From contig CAVZOL010000009.1 in assembly GCA_963776895.1 (NCBI GenBank), positions 324,147 to 388,146 on the forward strand: a DNA stretch of 64,000 nucleotides, read 5' to 3'. Origin of the DNA: Ignavibacteriota bacterium (GTDB lineage: Bacteria; Bacteroidota; Ignavibacteria; Palsa-1295). Each line of letters opens with the position of its first letter. The stretch's first letter is position 1. Positions 9,979 to 18,065 of the stretch are shown piece by piece. A program made the translations under genes and the position numbers. The notes under the pieces were generated by a model. It did not search any database and was not told the origin of the DNA. It worked only from the letters and a program-made list of their open reading frames with translations.

Positions 9979-11841
9979 GTGTGTGGAATTGCCGGACTCA
10001 TTTCATTAGATGGATCTCCGATCTCGGAGAATGAGATCCGTTCGCTCCATACACTCAATGAAGCCATGCGGCATCGTGGGCCCGATGACGAAGGTTTTCA
10101 TCTTACGGGTTCCCGAACTGCCGCGTTCGCTCACCGGCGGCTTTCGATCATCGATCCCACGCCTGAGGCGCATCAACCCATGATCGGTGCGCGTGGAAGT
10201 GTCCTTGTCTTCAACGGAGAAATTTATAATTTTAAAGAACTTATTGCGGAGTACAAGCTACATGTCCCGCCATCGGATACTGCCGTTCTGTTAGCGCTGC
10301 TGGAATCGCACGGCATTTCTATTCTTCCTAAACTGCGCGGATTTTTTTCCTTCGCATGGTGGAACGATGAAAAAAGTGAACTAATACTTGCGCGCGATAG
10401 CATCGGTAAAAAACCGCTTTATTATGGGATTTTTAATAAGCGGTTCGTTTTTGCATCCGAAACCCGCGCACTTGTTGCAAGCGGTTTAATATCATTCGAG
10501 CTTTCACGAGAGGGACTTACCAATTACTTTCGATTTTATTGCGTTCCACATCCCAACTCGATCCTCAGAGGGATTCAGATGCTGCCACCGGGTAGTGCCC
10601 TGCGGCTTTCCCAGCAAGGCAAGCCCATTGTGAGTGAATGGTACCGCTTACCGCAACATCATGCTGTTCAGATCGATTACGATGAAGCGAAACGTGAGAC
10701 GCGACGCATTCTCGAGCGTTCCGTGTGCGACAGGCTTGTAAGCGACGTACCTGTTGGCGCATTCCTTTCCGGTGGTCTCGACTCTAATGCGATCGTTGGC
10801 TTGGCAATGCGAGAAACTGGAACGCCTATCGAGACATTCTCTATTGGATTTTCCTCGAGTAGTACAATTCCTGATGAAACGAGTTGGGCCAGAATAGGTG
10901 CTCGATCGTATGGTACACAGCACCACGAATGGAACATTTCCGATTCTGAAATCGCAGACCTATTGCCGGAATTTTTTCATGCCATGGATTCTCCCACCGG
11001 CGATGGATTAAACAGCTTCCTTGTCTCGAAAGCCACGCGGCGAGAAAGCCCCGATCTAAAAGTTGTATTGAGCGGAGTCGGCGGAGATGAAGCATTTCTC
11101 GGATACCATAAATACCGCTGGCTTGCGCGGCGGGAATTTATATTTAGATCCTTGTGGTCTTTGCCGGATGGTGTTCGCGCATCCGTTTCGGAATTGCTTC
11201 TTAATGCACGGCACACCCGGTTGGGGTCGGCGCTGCGTTCAGCCATTATGCCCGAAAATTCAAGATTCCTTTTCAGTGATAAGGAGATTCAAAGCTTAAC
11301 TGGCTCGGCTGTGTCCGACAACCATTCCGATGCTGTTGAGAACGATGCTCTTTTCACCCTGCTCCGCTCAGACATGGAACATTATCTGCCTGACATGCTA
11401 ATGCGCGATCTGGACGCGATGACGATGTCCCAAAGCCTTGAAGCACGCGCGCCGCTTCTGGATAGAGAGCTACTGGAATTCGCATGGCAGCTTCCGCTTT
11501 CCATTAAAACGCGAGGAACGACAAAGCAATTACTCGCTGACTCCGTTAGCGATATTCTCCCAAAAGAAATTTTGCAAAAACCAAAGACCGGCTTCGAACT
11601 GCCCATGCGCGAGTGGCTGATGCACGGTATGCTTCGGCCTTATCTTGATTCACTGAATTCTGATAAACTCAGTATCGTCGAAAATGGCTTGATGGATCGT
11701 CCCGCAATTTTGCAGGTCTATCGCGATTTCCTTCGCGGGAACTCACACTATTTAAAGCCGTGGAGCATTATTGTTCTTGAACACTGGTATCGCTCCATGA
11801 AGAATATTTCTCAAATGGTTCATTCCGAGGAATACGCATGA
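9979..11841 (+). CDS. asnB: asparagine synthetase (glutamine-hydrolysing), AsnB family
   Basis: N-terminal MCGIAG (Cys2 nucleophile), SGGLDSN PP-loop motif, 620 aa. Confidence 0.85.
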   Translation: MCGIAGLISLDGSPISENEIRSLHTLNEAMRHRGPDDEGFHLTGSRTAAFAHRRLSIIDPTPEAHQPMIGARGSVLVFNGEIYNFKELIAEYKLHVPPSDTAVLLALLESHGISILPKLRGFFSFAWWNDEKSELILARDSIGKKPLYYGIFNKRFVFASETRALVASGLISFELSREGLTNYFRFYCVPHPNSILRGIQMLPPGSALRLSQQGKPIVSEWYRLPQHHAVQIDYDEAKRETRRILERSVCDRLVSDVPVGAFLSGGLDSNAIVGLAMRETGTPIETFSIGFSSSSTIPDETSWARIGARSYGTQHHEWNISDSEIADLLPEFFHAMDSPTGDGLNSFLVSKATRRESPDLKVVLSGVGGDEAFLGYHKYRWLARREFIFRSLWSLPDGVRASVSELLLNARHTRLGSALRSAIMPENSRFLFSDKEIQSLTGSAVSDNHSDAVENDALFTLLRSDMEHYLPDMLMRDLDAMTMSQSLEARAPLLDRELLEFAWQLPLSIKTRGTTKQLLADSVSDILPKEILQKPKTGFELPMREWLMHGMLRPYLDSLNSDKLSIVENGLMDRPAILQVYRDFLRGNSHYLKPWSIIVLEHWYRSMKNISQMVHSEEYA

Positions 11842-12995
11842 AGATCGGTATTGCAGCGATCGGTCGGCTTTCCGAAGACACGGGCGGAAAGAATTATATC
11901 ATTCATTTTATTCGCGGTGTCGAGCAATTGCGCCCGCCGCATTCCTTCGTGTTGTTCGTAAGCGATGGCGAAGCTTCCGAACTGGGTATTAACGAAAGCG
12001 ATCTCGTCCATATTGTAACGATTCCGAATTCAAAACGAACTCCATTACATAAAGTATTTGCCGAGCAATGGAAACTCCCACGATACATTGCGCGCGAAAA
12101 GATCGATGTGATGTATTATCCCGGTAACTTCGTCTCTTTGAGTTCAAATGTGCCTGCCGTGGTAAATATCCGTTCCATGGCCCATGCGTACCCCAATTAT
12201 GGCGTGAGTGGAATAAGACGTTTCGTGCGGTCGCTTCTCATGCCGCCGTCTGCAAAAAAAGCCCACGCAATTATCACTCCAAGCGAAGATATTAAACGCG
12301 ACGTTATCCGGTTTTGCAAAGTGGATGGAGCAAAAATCAATGTGATTCCCCATGGCGTGGACCTTGCGCTTTTCGATGGAGAGCAAAATCGGAATGCAGC
12401 GGATGGGCAAGCGATTCTCGATCGCTACCACCTCACGGCAAACAATTATCTGCTCTATGTTTCCGCACTGTGGCGCTATAAACGGCAGGATCAGCTTATC
12501 CGCGCTCATGCAGAGCTTGTGAATGAAGATTTTCCAGATCTAAAACTTGTGATCGCAGGCAAAGGGACCGGCACTGATAAGAAATATCTCGATGAGATCT
12601 ACGCTCTCCCGAAAACTCTCGGCACAGAGTCAAAAGTGGTCTTCACTGGTGGACTTCCGCAAACCGATCTGCGGTATTTATATGCACATGCAAAAGCATT
12701 TGTTTTTCCATCGAGTTATGAAAGCTTTGGGAACCCGATCTTCGAAGCATGGGCAAGTGGCATTCCTGTGGCCGTCTCTAATGTTCATTCTTTCCCAGAA
12801 ATTGCTGGCGATGCCGCAATTTATTTCGATCCCAATGACGTAAAGGACATAAGCGACAAAATTATGAGGCTGCTTTCAGAGCCGGAGCTTACAAAAACGC
12901 TTACCGAGCGCGGCGCTAAGCGGGTAAAATCATTCACATGGGAGGCTGCTATTACGCGAACGCTCTCACTCCTTGAAAATGTTAATCTCGCCTGA
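11838..12995 (+). CDS. glycosyltransferase family 4 (GT-B, RfaB-like)
   Basis: C-terminal EX7E-type motif region (VFPSSYESFGNPIFEAWASGIPV). Confidence 0.8.
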   Translation: MKIGIAAIGRLSEDTGGKNYIIHFIRGVEQLRPPHSFVLFVSDGEASELGINESDLVHIVTIPNSKRTPLHKVFAEQWKLPRYIAREKIDVMYYPGNFVSLSSNVPAVVNIRSMAHAYPNYGVSGIRRFVRSLLMPPSAKKAHAIITPSEDIKRDVIRFCKVDGAKINVIPHGVDLALFDGEQNRNAADGQAILDRYHLTANNYLLYVSALWRYKRQDQLIRAHAELVNEDFPDLKLVIAGKGTGTDKKYLDEIYALPKTLGTESKVVFTGGLPQTDLRYLYAHAKAFVFPSSYESFGNPIFEAWASGIPVAVSNVHSFPEIAGDAAIYFDPNDVKDISDKIMRLLSEPELTKTLTERGAKRVKSFTWEAAITRTLSLLENVNLA

Positions 12996-13019
12996 TACCC
13001 TACTTTCATTTACGCCCCT

Positions 13020-13319
13020 ATGACTAAAGCAGACATCGTCACCCGTATTGCAACCGCGACCGGAATTACAAAGCTCGAAACCGAGATCCTCGTCGATGGT
13101 TTTTTTAAGACCATGACCGACGCGCTCGCCAATGGCGATCACATCGAAATTCGTGGCTTTGGCACGTTCCGTACCAAGAAGCGTTTGCCGCGCATGGCAC
13201 GTAATCCCCGCACCGGTGAGGCTGTTCCGCTCGGCGAGCATTTCGTTCCCACGTTCAAGGCGTCGCGTGAATTGCGGCAGATCATCGACGATCGCCAGAA
13301 AAAACACGCCGTTAAGTAA
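13020..13319 (+). CDS. HU/IHF family DNA-binding protein
   Basis: 99 aa; the GFGTFRTKKRLPRMARNPRTGEAVPL beta-arm motif is typical of HU/IHF. Confidence 0.85.
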   Translation: MTKADIVTRIATATGITKLETEILVDGFFKTMTDALANGDHIEIRGFGTFRTKKRLPRMARNPRTGEAVPLGEHFVPTFKASRELRQIIDDRQKKHAVK

Positions 13320-13417
13320 TTTCGCATTATTATCATTTCGCACTCCTCTCTCCGTTAAACGATACTCCGAACGAAAAACCGGCTGCTCCGATCTACTGCC
13401 CAAGCTGCGCTGCAAGC

Positions 13418-14218
13418 GTGGCAGACTCAGCCGCTCCCGGCGAGGTTTTGCGCTGCCCTGTCTGTGGAACCGAATTTAAGTATGAGCCGGAAAAAACTCC
13501 TGAAAATTCGATCGCCGAGGGAGACAATCTCAAAACAGGAGCTGCCGAACGCAGGCTATCTACCGATGAAATTCTTCTCGACCGCTTACAAAATGAGCCT
13601 CCCGAAAAACAGCCGTTACCCATTCGATCTATTGCCGTTCTTTTCGTAGCCATTATTGCTATTGCGTTCGGTGTCTTTCAAATTACCTCGAGGCCGGACA
13701 AATACGCACCCGGACATGAAGTAGATACCACGGCACTGCTTCAGAAGCGGTTATTCTACCAGCATATCGTCGATTCGCTCCAGATGCAGATTGTGCAACA
13801 TCCATCGAATATCGATTATCACCTGGAGTTGGCCGACGCATTATACGATGCCGGAGAGTGGAGCGAAAGCAAGAAAGAATTCGAGACCTATCTCGCTGTC
13901 AAGCCATCCGATGCCGATGCGCGGGTAGATTATTCTTACGCCATTGCTCAGGATAATGGCGATCTTAACGCAGCCATCGCTGAGATCGATACGGCGCTAA
14001 CCTATCATCCGGATCATTTGAATGCGCTCATCAATGCCGGAATTATGTCCGCTCAATTAGTGACCGATACCAACCATGCCACAGCACTTGCCCGATCCAA
14101 AGACTATTTCGAGCGCGCAAGAGCGGTCGCAGAAAAGTCCCATCCCGATATTGCCCGCCGCATCGATACCCTCATCATGGAAATTGATAGCACCGGCTTA
14201 CGAATGCGTCAGCGGTAA
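13418..14218 (+). CDS. zinc-ribbon / single-TM / TPR-repeat protein; the true N-terminus likely lies upstream of the annotated GTG
   Basis: Annotated ORF starts inside a CPSC...(12)...CPVC zinc ribbon. The frame is open back to about 13316 (…KPAAPIYCPSCAASV…) with no canonical start codon. Confidence 0.55.
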   Translation: MADSAAPGEVLRCPVCGTEFKYEPEKTPENSIAEGDNLKTGAAERRLSTDEILLDRLQNEPPEKQPLPIRSIAVLFVAIIAIAFGVFQITSRPDKYAPGHEVDTTALLQKRLFYQHIVDSLQMQIVQHPSNIDYHLELADALYDAGEWSESKKEFETYLAVKPSDADARVDYSYAIAQDNGDLNAAIAEIDTALTYHPDHLNALINAGIMSAQLVTDTNHATALARSKDYFERARAVAEKSHPDIARRIDTLIMEIDSTGLRMRQR

Positions 14219-14296
14219 GCGGGATTGGGAAACTCTCTTGCCCGAATGCTGTTTTAAGCCCGCAATTCATAATTCATCCTTCATAATTTCTTTATA

Positions 14297-14392
14297 ATGC
14301 CAAGCGGAAAAAAGCGTAAGCGCCATAAAATGGCCACCCACAAACGAAAGAAACGTCTGCGCAAGAATCGTCATAAGAAGCGCGTTCGTTAG
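14297..14392 (+). CDS. candidate small ribosomal protein bS22-like (32 aa, MPSGKKRKRHKMATHKRKKRLRKNRHKKRVR)
   Basis: Not in the ORF track (<60 aa). Composition and length are close to actinobacterial/Bacteroidota bS22 (about 33 aa, KKRRKRMSKKKHRKLLRR...). Followed by a strong intrinsic terminator. Confidence 0.5.
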   Translation: MPSGKKRKRHKMATHKRKKRLRKNRHKKRVR

Positions 14393-14416
14393 TCTTTTAA
14401 CGTCCTTTTACACGTA

Positions 14417-14452
14417 GAGACGCGCCACTGGCGCGTCTCTTTTTTTGTCATC
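14417..14452 (+). terminator. rho-independent terminator after the bS22-like ORF
   Basis: AGAGACGCGCC-actg-GGCGCGTCTCT followed by TTTTTTT. Confidence 0.8.
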
Positions 14453-14467
14453 ACTCTTTTTGATGAT

Positions 14468-14552
14468 TGGGTGAGACGCGCCGGTGGCGCGTGTTGGGTA
14501 AGACGCGCCGGTGGCGCGTATTGGGTGAGACGCGCCGGTGGCGCGTCTCTAC
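14468..14552. repeat. three tandem copies of a roughly 28-nt hairpin unit TTGGGT(G/A)AGACGCGCCGGTGGCGCGT
   Basis: Each unit contains the palindrome ACGCGCC-ggtg-GGCGCGT, the same core as the terminator hairpin. No unique spacers, so not CRISPR. Confidence 0.7.
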
Positions 14553-14554
14553 GT

Positions 14555-15079
14555 TTAATTCAATAACGCTTGCAGCCTGAAGAAGGCATCCTTTGCCAAT
14601 GAATAATTCGGTTCAAGATCGAGCGACGTTTTGTACTCTCCTAACGCCTCGAACCAAAGTCCCCGGCGTTCCAAAATGCGACCGTAATTGTAGTGCGGAA
14701 AATGCGGCGTAGCATAGCGCGTTGCTTTCATAGCAAGTTCCAAATACGGTATAGCCTCATCGAGATCGCCCTGCTGAATAAGATACGCGCCAATGTCGTT
14801 GTACGGATTCCCAAATTCCGGGTCGAGTTCTATTGCATTCCGGCATTCCTCGATCGCCGAATCGTAATCGCCTAAAAAGCTGTAGGCCCAGCCTAAGAAT
14901 GTATGTGCTTCCGCTGTTGGCAGCACTTCGATCGACTTCTTGTAATTTTCGATCGCCTCCTGCAAGTGACCCGACATTTGCAGCCGGTACGCCCGCTGAA
15001 GAAATTCCTGCGCCCGTTCCTTTAGGGTGTTGGAATCCTCCGATAAATCGCCAAGTCCTGTGTTATTGTCTTGTGTCAT
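14555..15079 (-). CDS. TPR-repeat protein
   Basis: 174 aa with 3-4 TPR units (AYSFLGDYDSAIEECRNAIELDPEF…). Confidence 0.7.
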   Translation of the reverse strand: MTQDNNTGLGDLSEDSNTLKERAQEFLQRAYRLQMSGHLQEAIENYKKSIEVLPTAEAHTFLGWAYSFLGDYDSAIEECRNAIELDPEFGNPYNDIGAYLIQQGDLDEAIPYLELAMKATRYATPHFPHYNYGRILERRGLWFEALGEYKTSLDLEPNYSLAKDAFFRLQALLN

Positions 15080-15368
15080 GGTTAGCTCCTTTCTGGAGTA
15101 TCGTTACATTAGAGTATTCGCAAATACCGATAAATTTGTTTCAACAGGTTTTAATGTCCTCTTTTATTCATTACACCCATTACACTTGCATACGACGTGC
15201 CAAGCCCCCCTACTAATAAGACACCTGAAACGCCAAAAAGTAACAGCCAAACCAAAGAAAAATGAATGCCGGGAGTTACATGACGCATTATTAATGTTCA
15301 TCAAAAAAATCCATCTTTAAATCCATCCGCGTAATCATCTTAAAATCCGCGTAATCCATCTATCGCTT

Positions 15369-15863
15369 ATGCCACAATTTTCTTTCGATGTCGTTTCCGA
15401 AGTCGATCAGCAGGAGGTCGATAATGCCATTAATCAAGCTCGTAAGGAGATCGACCAGCGGTACGATTTCAAAGGCTCCAACACCACGATCGACTGGGAT
15501 CCGAAGGAAAAGACGATCACGCTTCACACTTCGGATGATATGAAGCTGCGCGCCCTCACCGAAACGCTGAACCAAAAGATGATAAAGCGCGGCGTTTCTA
15601 TGAAATCCCTCGATTACCAAAAAGTGGAACCCGCGGCCAATTCGAGCCTTCGCCAAGTGGTCAAGATCAAAACCGGACTGGAATCCGAGCAGGCTAAAGT
15701 CATCACCAAGCTGGTAAAGGAGCAAAAGATGAAGGTGCAAGCCCAGATCCAGGGCGATGCCGTCCGTATCACCGGCAAAAGCAAGGACGATCTCCAAACC
15801 GCCATCCAGATCCTGAAAGCCCAGAACCTCGACTTCCCGATTCAGTTTACGAATTACAGGTAA
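15369..15863 (+). CDS. yajQ: YajQ family (UPF0234) nucleotide/c-di-GMP-binding protein
   Basis: 164 aa; MPQFSFDVVSEVDQQEVDNAINQARKEIDQRYDFKGS is the conserved YajQ N-terminus. Confidence 0.85.
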   Translation: MPQFSFDVVSEVDQQEVDNAINQARKEIDQRYDFKGSNTTIDWDPKEKTITLHTSDDMKLRALTETLNQKMIKRGVSMKSLDYQKVEPAANSSLRQVVKIKTGLESEQAKVITKLVKEQKMKVQAQIQGDAVRITGKSKDDLQTAIQILKAQNLDFPIQFTNYR

Positions 15864-15879
15864 TCCCCTTGCCATATTT

Positions 15880-15925
15880 CCCTAATCCTGAAAATCCTGT
15901 GAATCCTGAAAATCCTGTGAATGGT
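15880..15925. repeat. tandem repeat (AATCCTGAAAATCCTGTG x2)
   Basis: Direct read; member of the ATCCTG(A/T)AAATCC short-repeat family seen also near 34811, 47171 and 59660. Confidence 0.6.
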
Positions 15926-15954
15926 GGTCCAATTTAGACCACATTCTCTCGGAA

Positions 15955-16035
15955 AAGCTTTTTATGTTGTGTGTGTTGGAAGCGTGTTCATTAACTTACT
16001 CATACTTTTCATGAATTTATGCATTTTCATTTTTT
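15955..16035. promoter_or_regulatory. conserved upstream element copy A (TTTTTATGTTGTGTGTGTTGGAAGCGTGTTCATTAACTTACTCATACTTTTCATGAATTTATGCAT)
   Basis: About 85% identical over roughly 57 nt to 54395..54475; both lie upstream of T9SS cargo genes. A partial match (TTCATGAATTTATGCAT) occurs at about 35475. Confidence 0.5.
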
Positions 16036-16117
16036 GCGTTGCTAAAAAACTGCGCATATATATGTAACAACTCTTTTGGAGAGAAAGTGCCTGTTAAAGC
16101 ACCACAACACTCTCCCT

Positions 16118-16190
16118 TTATTACTTCTTAACTCTTACTTCTTAACTCTTACTTCTTAACTCTTACTTCTTAACTCTTACTTCTTACTTT
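16118..16190. repeat. tandem repeat ACTCTTACTTCTTA x5
   Basis: Direct read. Confidence 0.7.
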
Positions 16191-16524
16191 TCCCATCCTT
16201 CCCCCATCCTGAAAGTCCCGTGAATCGTGGTCCTATTTCTTCTTTCATCTTTGCACCCCAAATGGTGCCCATCATAGCATGTGCTAATATACGCCATTCA
16301 AAACCGGATGTCAAGTAATTCCGTAAAATACCTGAAAATAATTTGTGGTTGGTGCCGTGTGCATGGAAGCGCTGCTTCCGTGACAATTTCCGGGAAGCAG
16401 CGCTTCCCGGCACACCGCCATTTTACTCTGGAACCACTTCCACTCCAATAATCTTACAAATATTCCACGAAGACTGTAAGGACGTGCTGCGCACGTCCTA
16501 CACCGAACAATCAGAAGAACTAAA

Positions 16525-17598
16525 ATGAAAAAAACAGCTATTGTTCTCTTCCTCTTGACGCTGAGCGCTTCTACATTCGCTCTGTGGAAACCGATCGCTA
16601 ATGTGCATCCCCCAAATGGTCTTGGGAACCTCCCCGCAATTCGGAACGCAACGGAGACTTTGATACAGAAACAACCGACAGGGGTCCCACAAAATGCCCG
16701 TGCGTGGGCATGGGGGACTCAATCCATATTGGATATGCCCCCTGATAGCTGCGAGGGCCTTCTTAATTTGGGAACTTCTTTAAGCCAATTCCAGGAGTGG
16801 CAGGCTTCTTACGATACGCTTAAATTATTCATTGATAGTTGCGCAAATAGTCCCAGTTCCGAGACAGCATTTGGTCCCTTATTTGTTGATGTTGAAAATT
16901 TTGAAGTGCCCAACAACTATTCTTTAGACTCCACTATTTGGGCACAATACCGGGCTTGGCTCTATTCCGTGCTCTATTTGAATACAACAAACTCCGAATA
17001 TTTTTGCGAATGTGTCGGTCAAATTTTTCAATCGTTCAGTTATGCCACGAACGACACGTCGGATCACCAACGTTTTACTGTTGGCAATGAACAGATAGCT
17101 TTCGACCGATGGGTCATAGATAACACCAACTGTAGTGAGTCGGATCAGGACTCTGTTGATATTATACAACTACGAAAGGAGCAACACCAGATGTGGATAC
17201 AGGACTCGTTGGATGGGATACATTATCCTTACGATACGACCGTTCCGACAATACCACAAATTGGCTATGGCCTCAATACGCTGTTAGCCAAGCACGCTTT
17301 TTATGAGAGTGTGAGTAATCTGCCGCAGCCAGGAATTATTTCAAATGCCACTGCTAATCCCAACCCTGCAACCTCGGGAACAGTAATATCTTTCGGCATC
17401 AGCCAGGAGGCGTATGTGAAGGTCGAGCTATTCGATGTGCTTGGGCAGGAGGAATCCTCGTATGATTACGAAAGCCTGTTCGAGCCCGGGAATAAATCGG
17501 TTTCGTTCTCGCTTCAAGGCTTACCCTCCGGCACCTACTTCGCCCGCATCATGACAGCTTACGGCGCAGTGCAAACGGTAAAGCTTGTTAAAGAATGA
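16525..17598 (+). CDS. secreted protein with T9SS C-terminal sorting domain
   Basis: Signal peptide MKKTAIVLFLLTLSASTFA. The C-terminal roughly 80 aa (…YVKVELFDVLGQEESSYDYESL…GTYFARIMTAYGAVQTVKLVKE) has T9SS CTD architecture. The N-domain is paralogous to the 17595 gene. Confidence 0.7.
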   Translation: MKKTAIVLFLLTLSASTFALWKPIANVHPPNGLGNLPAIRNATETLIQKQPTGVPQNARAWAWGTQSILDMPPDSCEGLLNLGTSLSQFQEWQASYDTLKLFIDSCANSPSSETAFGPLFVDVENFEVPNNYSLDSTIWAQYRAWLYSVLYLNTTNSEYFCECVGQIFQSFSYATNDTSDHQRFTVGNEQIAFDRWVIDNTNCSESDQDSVDIIQLRKEQHQMWIQDSLDGIHYPYDTTVPTIPQIGYGLNTLLAKHAFYESVSNLPQPGIISNATANPNPATSGTVISFGISQEAYVKVELFDVLGQEESSYDYESLFEPGNKSVSFSLQGLPSGTYFARIMTAYGAVQTVKLVKE

Positions 17599-18065
17599 AA
17601 ACGCTAATCATTATGCTCGTCGCGCTGGCCGGGCTTGTTCCGGCCATCAGTGCATCCTGCCCTGATTGCGTAACGTATGCTGAGACCACATCGAAAGGAA
17701 AAATTAATCCGTTGTCGGTTCCCGATGATACCGAGAATTGCGATTCTCTCCGTTTTAATGTCATGACCTATATCTCGGAGCAGGATTGGCAACAGGCGTA
17801 TGACACTGTCCAAAAATTTATTGAAACGTGTTATAACGACCCCAATGCTCCTTTGATGTTTCAAGATTTTAGCGCAGCGCTTCAGCCCCTTGCCACAGCA
17901 GATTCCTCTCTCTGGCAACAAGCGCGACAATGGCTCGAATCTGTGTTGTATCTAAACACCACGAATCCGGAATATTTCTGTGCGTGTGTCAAAGCGATTA
18001 TAGGAACATTTAATTCCCCAAGCGACAATTACGATTTTCACTTCCATGCTATTCTCAATTATTAA
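17595..18065 (+). CDS. small secreted protein, paralog of the N-terminal domain of the 16525 gene
   Basis: Shared motif W(L)(E/Y)SVLYLNTTN(P/S)EYFC(A/E)CV in both proteins. Confidence 0.6.
   Translation: MKTLIIMLVALAGLVPAISASCPDCVTYAETTSKGKINPLSVPDDTENCDSLRFNVMTYISEQDWQQAYDTVQKFIETCYNDPNAPLMFQDFSAALQPLATADSSLWQQARQWLESVLYLNTTNPEYFCACVKAIIGTFNSPSDNYDFHFHAILNY

Noticed and set aside
14468-14552. Possible CRISPR array (regular about 28-nt repeats)
   Set aside because: Units are directly tandem with no unique spacers, there are only three copies, and no cas genes are nearby. Better explained as a tandem hairpin/terminator repeat.
15360-15875. 171-aa minus-strand ORF opposite yajQ, and many antisense ORFs inside the large T9SS genes, recQ, asnB and the ankyrin gene
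   Set aside because: They are shadow ORFs of well-supported genes on the other strand and show no family similarity.
16177-16413. 78-aa ORF in the 15935..16525 intergenic region
   Set aside because: It overlaps tandem repeats, has no start context and has a low-complexity translation. The region is better interpreted as promoter/5' leader of the 16525 gene.
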